From sequence record OZ346164.1: a DNA stretch of 64,000 bases; one strand, 5' to 3'. Source of the stretch: a phage. Made by a program: the position numbers and the translations under genes. The notes under the pieces are model-generated. The model worked only from the letters and a program-made list of their open reading frames with translations. It made no database searches and was not told the origin of the DNA. Of the stretch, positions 58,467 through 64,000 are shown one piece after another (position 1 is the stretch's first letter; each line of letters starts with the position of its first letter).

Positions 58467-58484
58467 AAAGTTTTAAAAAGGGTA

Positions 58485-58513
58485 TTGACAATGTGTTTAA
58501 TACCCTTTAATAT
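58485..58513 (+). promoter_or_regulatory. sigma70-like promoter upstream of tRNA cluster
   Basis: TTGACA-17-TAATAT, flanked by AAGGGTATT/AATACCCTT inverted repeat. Confidence 0.5.
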
Positions 58514-58630
58514 GTTCTACATAGTAGCGAAATGAGAGCTTTTCTAAGATACTGAAAAATATTTTAAAAAAGTTCTTGACAATCACTAAAAAATAATGTT
58601 AAAGTGGTTACATAGAGTTTGAAAAGTTTA

Positions 58631-58708
58631 TCTCTGTTTAGCTCAGCTTGGTAGAGCGTTCCGTTTGGGGCGGTAAGGCCGGAGGTTCAAGTCCTCCAAC
58701 AGAGACCA
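58631..58708 (+). tRNA. tRNA-Pro (anticodon UGG)
   Basis: 7 bp acceptor, D stem GCTC/GAGC, loop TTTGGGG, T arm GGAGG-TTCAAGT-CCTCC. Confidence 0.75.
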
Positions 58709-58715
58709 AATTAAT

Positions 58716-58793
58716 GTTCCAGTAGACAAAATGGTATAGTCACCACTCTTTCAAAGTGGATATCTGAGGGTTCAAATCCCTTCTGGAACGCCA
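58716..58793 (+). tRNA. tRNA-Glu (anticodon UUC)
   Basis: Acceptor GTTCCAG/CTGGAAC, anticodon stem CCACT/AGTGG, loop CTTTCAA, encoded CCA. Confidence 0.75.
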
Positions 58794-58883
58794 GTTTTGA
58801 CAGAAGACCAATTACAGCAAACTTAATCTACTCATCTGAAAGTTAATCGGACAAAGAAGATATTTGGTCTGGTCATTAAGAAT

Positions 58884-58960
58884 TGCGGGTATAGAGAAAG
58901 GGCGTCTCACATGTCTCATTAGCATGGTATCGGCAGGTTCGACTCCTGCACCCGCCTCCA
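58884..58960 (+). tRNA. tRNA with anticodon CAU (Met or Ile2), 1-72 mismatch
   Basis: Loop CTCATTA, T arm GCAGG-TTCGACT-CCTGC, acceptor pairs 2-7 only. Confidence 0.6.
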
Positions 58961-59042
58961 AATTTACAGAAGACCGTTTACAGCAATATTTATTAAATTT
59001 TTAGCGGAAAAATTGAAAGATACGGTCTGGTAATACTAAATA

Positions 59043-59120
59043 TGGTTAGGAAGCACATAAGGTATGTGCGGTCGCCTGTTAAGCGAATGGCACAGGGTTC
59101 GAATCCCTGACTAACCGCAA
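59043..59120 (+). tRNA. tRNA-Asn (anticodon GUU)
   Basis: D stem GCAC/GTGC, loop CTGTTAA, T arm CAGGG-TTCGAAT-CCCTG. Confidence 0.7.
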
Positions 59121-59128
59121 AATTAAAT

Positions 59129-59216
59129 GTGTCGTTATCCCGTAGATGGTAGCGGTGGGGACTGTAAATCCCTTGTCATTGAGACTCGGTAGGTTCGACT
59201 CCTACACGGCACACCA
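59129..59216 (+). tRNA. tRNA-Tyr (anticodon GUA), long variable arm
   Basis: Acceptor GTGTCGT/ACGGCAC, loop CTGTAAA, about 15 nt variable arm, encoded CCA. Confidence 0.75.
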
Positions 59217-59221
59217 ATAAA

Positions 59222-59298
59222 GGCTATGTAGTTTAACTGGAGAAAATACTCCCCTGTCACGGGAGATGATGTGAGTTCAAGTCTCATCGTAGCCGCCA
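59222..59298 (+). tRNA. tRNA-Asp (anticodon GUC)
   Basis: Acceptor GGCTATG/CGTAGCC, stem CTCCC/GGGAG, loop CTGTCAC, encoded CCA. Confidence 0.75.
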
Positions 59299-59499
59299 AT
59301 TTTGAGAGGGCTATTTAGCCCCTCCCTTAAAGAGTTCTTACGAGTATTCTTTAAAGGAGCAGAAGACCAAATACAGCAAGAATGTATGATATTTTCAAGC
59401 CAATTCAATTTTGAAAAATTTAAAACTTGGTCTGGCTCAACAAATTTACAGAAGACCGTTTACAGCAAAACTTAAACAATCTATTTCTCGGTAAAGAAA

Positions 59500-59540
59500 A
59501 GGCGAAGGTTCGATTCCTTCACTCGGCAGAGGTCGAGTTG
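59500..59540 (+). ncRNA. tRNA-like T-arm plus acceptor minihelix (not a full tRNA)
   Basis: GAAGG-TTCGATT-CCTTC T-arm-like hairpin directly followed by ACTCGGC-AGAG-GTCGAGT hairpin and D-loop-like GTTGGTGTAATGGTAG. Confidence 0.4.
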
Positions 59541-59730
59541 GTGTAATGGTAGCACTTAAGATGATAAACAACGGTCTGGTAATTATCTTTGCAGTAGCTT
59601 ATGTGGCTAATTATGTCGTCCCATGAGTGCCGATGAATTTCCTTAGCATGATTCTAGATTAGCTTAATAGGAAATGACTCTACAGACCCTTTAGCAAGGT
59701 CTGCGTAGGTTACTGCAAAGATGATTTAAT

Positions 59731-59806
59731 GGAAGTGTAGCAGAATGGTGATGCGGCAGACTTTTAATCTGACAGGCGATGGGTTCGAATCCCTCCACTT
59801 CTACCA
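59731..59806 (+). tRNA. tRNA-Lys (anticodon UUU)
   Basis: Acceptor GGAAGTG/CACTTCT, loop CTTTTAA, TTCGAAT T-loop, encoded CCA. Confidence 0.65.
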
Positions 59807-59811
59807 AAAAT

Positions 59812-59888
59812 GGTTCAGTCGCAGATAAGGTAATGCAAGGGTTTCATAAGCCCTATGAATGTGGGTTCGATTCCCATCTGAACCTCCA
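59812..59888 (+). tRNA. tRNA-Met (anticodon CAU)
   Basis: Acceptor GGTTCAG/CTGAACC, stem AGGGT/GCCCT, loop TTCATAA, encoded CCA. Confidence 0.7.
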
Positions 59889-59890
59889 AT

Positions 59891-59966
59891 GCTGTGAAAG
59901 CACATATGGATGTGCATTCGGCTGATAACCGAAAGGCAGAAGGTTCGAATCCTTCTCACAGTACCA
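59891..59966 (+). tRNA. tRNA-Ile (anticodon GAU)
   Basis: Stem TTCGG/CCGAA, loop CTGATAA, T arm GAAGG-TTCGAAT-CCTTC, encoded CCA. Confidence 0.75.
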
Positions 59967-59982
59967 ATTTCAATAAAGTTGT

Positions 59983-60010
59983 TGACATTAAGATGTGACT
60001 ACTTTATAGT
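59983..60010 (+). promoter_or_regulatory. sigma70-like internal promoter in tRNA cluster
   Basis: TTGACA, 16-17 bp spacer, TATAGT. Confidence 0.5.
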
Positions 60011-60214
60011 AACCTTAGTTTTCGTTGCGTAGCGTCTATTTTGCAAATTTAAAATAAATGCAAACGACAATGTTTTTCTGGCAGTAGCTTGATAGGCTAA
60101 ACACCAGTGAGGTCTTCCAATCCCTCATCAAAGAATTTGGCGTACTCGCCCACGGTATGATTAATAAGGTGGGCATCTTTAAGGGCTTTCTAATAGAGTC
60201 TTTAAAGATAATTA

Positions 60215-60296
60215 CGGGGCGTATCTCAGCGGTCTTCTAAACCGCCGTTAACCGAGTAAGTGGAGTATGCGGGTTCGAGTCCTGCCGCCTCGACCA
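60215..60296 (+). tRNA. atypical tRNA-like gene, possible anticodon UCU (Arg)
   Basis: Good T arm and acceptor (CGGGGCG/CGCCTCG, CCA encoded) and GCGGT-CTTCTAA-ACCGC anticodon-like hairpin, but D-arm spacing non-canonical. Confidence 0.35.
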
Positions 60297-60439
60297 ATTT
60301 AGTTAGCAGATTACTTAGACGACCTAAGCGGGTCTTCCTGTAGGGAGGTGGTCTGTATCTCATGTTTTCCAGAACATGTAAATAATCTGAGAAGGGGCTT
60401 TACAGTGTTGAGATAATACGGTAAGCTTCGAATTATAGT

Positions 60440-60522
60440 ATGGGACGATGTTAAGACTCTAAGGCATGAGCAACGGCCTCCAAAACCGTTTCAAAGGGGT
60501 TCAACTCCTCCGTCCCATGCCA
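60440..60522 (+). tRNA. tRNA-Trp (anticodon CCA), enlarged D region
   Basis: Acceptor ATGGGAC/GTCCCAT, loop CTCCAAA, TTCAACT T-loop, CCA encoded; about 7 extra nt in D region. Confidence 0.5.
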
Positions 60523-60535
60523 AAGTCTTATTAGG

Positions 60536-60623
60536 GGTAGGTAGCGGCTAATGGCAGCCAAACAGTCTTGAAAACTGTTGCCACTGTAGAGATACGGTGA
60601 GGGTTCGACTCCTTTACTTACCG
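60536..60623 (+). tRNA. tRNA-Ser (anticodon UGA), long variable arm
   Basis: Acceptor GGTAGGT/ACTTACC, stem ACAGT/ACTGT, loop CTTGAAA, about 20 nt variable arm. Confidence 0.7.
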
Positions 60624-60881
60624 CCTAATAAGATTTTAAAGCCAAGCTTCATTCGGATGTCGCTTTGGTATCCCTCGTGTATTGTCGTACACACTGATAA
60701 AACACCTAGTAGGTGTCACGGAGAAGAGATAATATCAAGCTCTCCAAAGGTTCTAGTCACCGGATTAAACAAGACTATGCAAAGACCTTTTTAGGTCTTT
60801 TTAGAGGGCTTCTAAGGTTATTACAGCTTGTTGTGGAACCTTGTTGCTTAGGTTCTTAGAAGTTCTCTAAAAAGATTTAAT

Positions 60882-60958
60882 GCACCTATAGCCCAACTGG
60901 TAGAGGCAGCAGACTTAGAATCTGCTCAGTGTGAGTTCGAATCTCTCTAGGTGTACCA
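60882..60958 (+). tRNA. tRNA with Leu anticodon UAG but short variable arm
   Basis: Stem GCAGA/TCTGC, loop CTTAGAA, discriminator A, CCA encoded; only 5 nt variable loop. Confidence 0.55.
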
Positions 60959-60965
60959 AATTAAT

Positions 60966-61041
60966 GCAGGTGTAGCAAAATGGTTATGCGGCTGACCCTT
61001 AATCAGTAAGACGATGGGTTCAATTCCCTCCACCTGTACCA
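60966..61041 (+). tRNA. tRNA-Lys (anticodon CUU), tentative
   Basis: Acceptor GCAGGTG/CACCTGT, loop CCCTTAA (C at position 33), CCA encoded. Confidence 0.5.
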
Positions 61042-61047
61042 AACAAT

Positions 61048-61123
61048 GGGGTCATAGTTTATATGGTTAAAATTCGAGTTTTGCAAACTTGGGAACTGAG
61101 TTCAATTCTCAGTGACTCCACCA
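61048..61123 (+). tRNA. tRNA-Ala (anticodon UGC)
   Basis: Acceptor GGGGTCA/TGACTCC, loop TTTGCAA, T arm CTGAG-TTCAATT-CTCAG, CCA encoded. Confidence 0.7.
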
Positions 61124-61129
61124 ATTAGT

Positions 61130-61204
61130 GCATCCATAGTTTAAACGGGAAAATTACAGTCTTCCAAACTGAGGTTGAGGGTTCGATTCCCTCTGGATGC
61201 TCCA
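61130..61204 (+). tRNA. tRNA-Gly (anticodon UCC)
   Basis: Perfect acceptor GCATCCA/TGGATGC, loop CTTCCAA, T arm GAGGG-TTCGATT-CCCTC. Confidence 0.8.
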
Positions 61205-61211
61205 AATTAAT

Positions 61212-61287
61212 GCTCCTATCGTATAATTGGTTATTACGGTTGCCTTGTAAGCAACTTATCAGGGTTCGAGTCCTTGTGGGAGCACCA
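61212..61287 (+). tRNA. tRNA-Thr (anticodon UGU)
   Basis: Stem GTTGC/GCAAC, loop CTTGTAA, TTCGAGT T-loop, CCA encoded. Confidence 0.8.
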
Positions 61288-61290
61288 ATT

Positions 61291-61380
61291 CAGAGGTCAA
61301 GTGAAAGACCGCTTTGAGTCAACTGAAGACCGTAACAAATTCCACGAAGTTGAGTTAGCGGCACAACTTCAGACCTCTTT
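61291..61380 (+). ncRNA. long structured hairpin element between tRNAs
   Basis: CAGAGGTC ... GACCTCTT closing stem around about 75 nt containing GAAGACCG motifs; no T-loop. Confidence 0.35.
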
Positions 61381-61383
61381 CAT

Positions 61384-61458
61384 ACTCGCTTAGTTTATAT
61401 GGTAAAACATCACCCTTACAAGATGAAGAAAAAGGTTCAAGTCCTTTAGTGAGTACCA
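61384..61458 (+). tRNA. tRNA-Val (anticodon UAC)
   Basis: D stem GTTT/AAAC, loop CTTACAA, T arm AAAGG-TTCAAGT-CCTTT, CCA encoded. Confidence 0.7.
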
Positions 61459-61459
61459 T

Positions 61460-61537
61460 GTTCCAGTATCCCAATTGGCAGAGGATGCAAGCTCAAACCT
61501 TGTATTAGTGACGGTTCGAATCCGTCTTGGAACACCA
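61460..61537 (+). tRNA. tRNA with Leu anticodon CAA but short variable arm
   Basis: Stem GCAAG/CTTGT, loop CTCAAAC, T arm GACGG-TTCGAAT-CCGTC, discriminator A, CCA encoded. Confidence 0.55.
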
Positions 61538-61542
61538 ATTTT

Positions 61543-61618
61543 GCAGGATTAGTTCAAATGGATAGAGCAACAGTCTACGAAGCTGCTAATAGGGGTTCGA
61601 ATCCCTTATCCTGCGCCA
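61543..61618 (+). tRNA. tRNA-Arg (anticodon ACG)
   Basis: Perfect acceptor GCAGGAT/ATCCTGC, D stem GTTC/GAGC, loop CTACGAA, CCA encoded. Confidence 0.8.
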
Positions 61619-61637
61619 ATTTAAAGAGGCTATTTAG

Positions 61638-62195
61638 ATGAGATATTTGAAGTATGCTTCATGGATTTTCTTAGCTTTGTTAGAGCCATTTGCAGCAATC
61701 TTAGCAGTTATCTTAGCACCTTTTGTAGTTCCATTCTACAGTGAGAAGAAAGGGCACTTACCTTTCGGGTTCAGATGGATGGAGACATATGACAACCCAA
61801 TTGATGGTGATGAAGGTCACGTTAAAAGATGGGCTAATATTAGATGGATTGGTAAACTAGGTGTCTACATGCAAAGAGTCGGATGGCTCTGGAGAAACAA
61901 AGCTTATAACTTCTCTTACCATGTATTAGGAAGAGATGTAAGAGATGTTACTAAGTGGAAAGGTAATATCAACGTAAGTTCTGACCCCGAAGATAATCAG
62001 ACAGGTTATCTCCTAATGTGGAACAGTAATGCTTGGGGATTATTCGCTTTTATCCCATCAATTAAAATCTTTGGTAAACAATTTTACTGGAGAATTTATA
62101 TTGGATGGAAACTAAAAAGTGTTGTCCCAGAAGAAAGAGCATTCTCAAGGGAAAGAGTTATGTTGGCATTCTTTATTCATCCACTGAGAAAGTAA
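61638..62195 (+). CDS. membrane protein encoded inside tRNA cluster
   Basis: 185 aa, hydrophobic N-terminus, Trp-rich. Confidence 0.45.
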   Translation: MRYLKYASWIFLALLEPFAAILAVILAPFVVPFYSEKKGHLPFGFRWMETYDNPIDGDEGHVKRWANIRWIGKLGVYMQRVGWLWRNKAYNFSYHVLGRDVRDVTKWKGNINVSSDPEDNQTGYLLMWNSNAWGLFAFIPSIKIFGKQFYWRIYIGWKLKSVVPEERAFSRERVMLAFFIHPLRK

Positions 62196-62203
62196 AGATT
62201 TAA

Positions 62204-62279
62204 AGGGGATTAGTTTACAAGGTTAAAACCTCGGTCTTTGAAATCGAAGAAGTTGGTTCAATTCCAACATCCCCCGCCA
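62204..62279 (+). tRNA. tRNA-Gln (anticodon UUG)
   Basis: D stem GTTT/AAAC, stem TCGGT/ATCGA, loop CTTTGAA, T arm GTTGG-TTCAATT-CCAAC. Confidence 0.7.
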
Positions 62280-62281
62280 AT

Positions 62282-62360
62282 GCTCCATTACTCCAATTGG
62301 CAGAGAGGCCAGACTTAAAATCTGTGTTATGTATCGGTTCGAATCCGATATGGAGTACCA
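62282..62360 (+). tRNA. tRNA with Leu anticodon UAA but short variable arm
   Basis: Loop CTTAAAA, T arm ATCGG-TTCGAAT-CCGAT, discriminator A, CCA encoded. Confidence 0.5.
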
Positions 62361-62365
62361 AATTT

Positions 62366-62441
62366 AGCGGTATAGCATAACTGGCAATGCAGCAGCCTCT
62401 GAAGCTGTCCTATTAAGGTTCAAATCCTTATGCCGCTGCCA
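62366..62441 (+). tRNA. tRNA-Gln (anticodon CUG)
   Basis: D stem GCAT/ATGC, stem GCAGC/GCTGT, loop CTCTGAA, T arm TAAGG-TTCAAAT-CCTTA. Confidence 0.65.
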
Positions 62442-62472
62442 CTTCTAAGGATTCTTGCGAGAGTCCTTAAAT

Positions 62473-62548
62473 GTGGCCTTATCATAAACGGTAATGACCC
62501 ATGCTGTGAACATGGTCTATACGGGTTCAAATCCCGTAGGTCACCCCA
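62473..62548 (+). tRNA. tRNA-His (anticodon GUG)
   Basis: D stem TCAT/ATGA, stem CCATG/CATGG, loop CTGTGAA, T arm ACGGG-TTCAAAT-CCCGT. Confidence 0.8.
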
Positions 62549-62553
62549 ATTTA

Positions 62554-62630
62554 TAGTCCAAGTAGCTTATATGGTTAAAGCGCGTGTCTGAAAAACATGA
62601 GAAGAGAGTTCAAATCCCACTGGACTACCA
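62554..62630 (+). tRNA. tRNA-Phe (anticodon GAA)
   Basis: Acceptor TAGTCCA/TGGACTA, stem CGTGT/ACATG, loop CTGAAAA; T stem weak. Confidence 0.6.
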
Positions 62631-62646
62631 ATTTCAAAGGTGCTTA

Positions 62647-63381
62647 ATGAAAGAGATGACAGAACAAGGTAAGGAGATTTTTAATCTCTTAAAAACTGGT
62701 AAAGGGTTCTCTAACCCGCTTATTACTGGTGCAGCAGTTCTCGGTGGAACCGTAGCTGCCTCTACATCACTTGTAAGCTCTATTAGTTCTGTAACAGACC
62801 CTACAATGAAGGAGAAGCTTGTTGCTGCTGGACTTACAACAGTCCTTCTAAACAGCTTTACAACAAGCCTGACAAGCACTACAGCAACCACTAAGACCCT
62901 AACAGACTATGGTCAAAAGTCTATTGATGAGTTTTCATCACGTATGCAGGTAGCAAAGGGATACTCCAATGTTATGGGTGCAGCAGGAGAACAAGTTGGT
63001 TGTACACCATTCAGTGGTATTATGGGTGTTGCTACAGAATATGGTCAAAAAGCTATTGATACGATTAACAGTACACTAGAGAGTGTTAATGGTGTGTTAA
63101 GTGACTTACAAGATGCTATTGATAAGGGTCTTGATACTGTTTCTGATTTAGCTAATCAGGCTGTTAGTAAGATTAATGAAGGTATTTCAAAGATTACAGC
63201 TTATGCAGATGAAGTTGTGCAGATGATTGAAGAAGAAGCTGCCCTTATTGCAGAGTACCTTAAAACGAATATCAATGGGTTCTTAGCAGGTATCTTACCA
63301 GACTGGTTTGATGATGCTTGTAAAACTGGTGTAATCGACACTATTGCAACACCAGAAATGAAGAACGCATTGCAGAAATAA
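62647..63381 (+). CDS. hypothetical protein encoded inside tRNA cluster
   Basis: Start moved to Met after tRNA-Phe (track start 62584 overlaps the tRNA); Ser/Thr/Ala-rich helical protein. Confidence 0.45.
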   Translation: MKEMTEQGKEIFNLLKTGKGFSNPLITGAAVLGGTVAASTSLVSSISSVTDPTMKEKLVAAGLTTVLLNSFTTSLTSTTATTKTLTDYGQKSIDEFSSRMQVAKGYSNVMGAAGEQVGCTPFSGIMGVATEYGQKAIDTINSTLESVNGVLSDLQDAIDKGLDTVSDLANQAVSKINEGISKITAYADEVVQMIEEEAALIAEYLKTNINGFLAGILPDWFDDACKTGVIDTIATPEMKNALQK

Positions 63382-63382
63382 T

Positions 63383-63475
63383 GGAAGATTAACCCTAAAA
63401 GGTAAGGGAGCAGTTTGCTAAACTGCCAGTAGCTGAGAAATCGGTGTACCAGTTCAAGTCTGGTATCTTCCTCCA
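63383..63475 (+). tRNA. tRNA-Ser (anticodon GCU), long variable arm
   Basis: Perfect acceptor GGAAGAT/ATCTTCC, stem GCAGT/ACTGC, loop TTGCTAA, long extra arm. Confidence 0.75.
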
Positions 63476-63480
63476 ATTTT

Positions 63481-63555
63481 GAATCCGTGACAGAAATGGA
63501 TATGTGCCTGTCTGCAAAACAGGTTTATAAGGGTTCAAGTCCCTTCGGATTCTCC
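63481..63555 (+). tRNA. tRNA-Cys (anticodon GCA)
   Basis: Perfect acceptor GAATCCG/CGGATTC, stem CCTGT/ACAGG, loop CTGCAAA, CCA encoded. Confidence 0.8.
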
Positions 63556-63593
63556 AAGTTATTTTACTCTCTCTCAATTAAAATAATAATAAT

Positions 63594-63658
63594 GCCCTGC
63601 TATAAGTATTCTTCCTTTCGCTACCGAAGAGTATTTTTAGACAGGGCTTTTTTACAGA
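63594..63658 (+). terminator. rho-independent terminator closing tRNA cluster
   Basis: Long GCCCTG...CAGGGC hairpin followed by TTTTTT. Confidence 0.55.
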
Positions 63659-63778
63659 GTTATACTTTATAAGAAGGCTTATACAGTATGTCTCTGACGT
63701 ACATTGTGGTTTCTCCTTGACGGTCTCTGTGCCGTCTTTTTTAAGGAGAAACATGGTTAATTATTTGGAGAAAACATA

Positions 63779-63979
63779 ATGAGTGAGACCGTTTATAAAG
63801 AACTTTATGAAGCTAACAAAAAGCTAGAATTTATGCAGAACACTATCATGGCAATTGCAGATAGATTATCTGTAGCAACAGGTATTGATATCAAAGAAGC
63901 CTCTATGGATGCACTTCTTGATGCTGTTGATGCAAAGTTCGAAGTTAAGAAAGAAGAGACTGCTACAGACTCTGAATAA
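63779..63979 (+). CDS. hypothetical small acidic protein
   Basis: 66 aa ORF with AGGAGA-like RBS region upstream. Confidence 0.35.
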   Translation: MSETVYKELYEANKKLEFMQNTIMAIADRLSVATGIDIKEASMDALLDAVDAKFEVKKEETATDSE

Positions 63980-64000
63980 TTCTATTTGCGGAGGTGCTTA

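Larger units (their letters stand above)
58801..59579 (+). repeat. four structured spacer units bounded by CAGAAGACC ... GGTCTGG
   Basis: Units at about 58801-58872, 58967-59030, 59360-59435, 59449-59579; each starts CAGAAGACC(N3)TACAGCAA and ends GGTCTGG. Confidence 0.55.

Noticed and set aside
59590-59650. GCAGTAGCTT...GGCTAA segments here and at 60081 that resemble tRNA 5' halves
   Set aside because: No T-loop, anticodon arm or complementary 3' acceptor strand could be found; not reported as tRNAs.
60597-60794. Track ORF 60597..60794 within the tRNA cluster
   Set aside because: It overlaps the 3' end of tRNA-Ser(UGA) and a hairpin-rich spacer; no ribosome-binding site; probably non-coding.
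62584-62646. Track start at 62584 for the ORF ending 63381
   Set aside because: That start lies inside tRNA-Phe; the first Met after the tRNA (62647) is the more plausible start.
58600-63600. tRNA cluster as a sign of a prophage attachment site or genomic island
   Set aside because: No integrase, recombinase or direct repeats flanking a tRNA 3' end; the tRNAs are a phage-encoded set co-transcribed from phage promoters.

Overview
This window reads as a gene-dense segment of a large, AT-rich virulent tailed dsDNA phage genome. No integrase, CRISPR array or transposon was seen. Everything below is from reading the sequence and ORF track by eye; no searches or folding were run, and coordinates of RNA features are approximate (a few nt). 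Content in order: (1) C-terminal part of a His-box tail fiber gene; (2) a minus-strand block with thymidylate synthase, DHFR, ATP-dependent DNA ligase and a family-A DNA polymerase whose motif B is split by a ~230 bp group I-like intron, followed by an HNH-AP2 endonuclease; (3) a plus-strand replication/nucleotide block: dNMP kinase, T7-like primase-helicase, SSB-like protein, 5'-3' exonuclease, HNH and GIY-YIG endonucleases, nrdA, nrdB, glutaredoxin, nrdD (split by a second group I-like intron) and nrdG; (4) a PRPP-synthetase-like plus NAMPT-like pair (candidate NAD+ reconstitution counter-defence), rIIA/rIIB, an overlapped spanin pair and a macro-domain protein; (5) an array of 14 small plus-strand genes, each behind one of two repeated ~90 bp promoter/leader cassettes; (6) a ~1 kb ORF-free region packed with short direct repeats; (7) a minus-strand block with a T4-type lysozyme and Ig-like domain proteins; (8) a vWA protein followed by a cluster of about 28 tRNA genes covering all 20 amino acids, interspersed with repeated structured spacers and a tRNA-like minihelix. 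The most interesting candidates are the small-gene array with its conserved leaders, the repeat-rich non-coding region, the two introns, the NAD+ pair and the unusual tRNA cluster.
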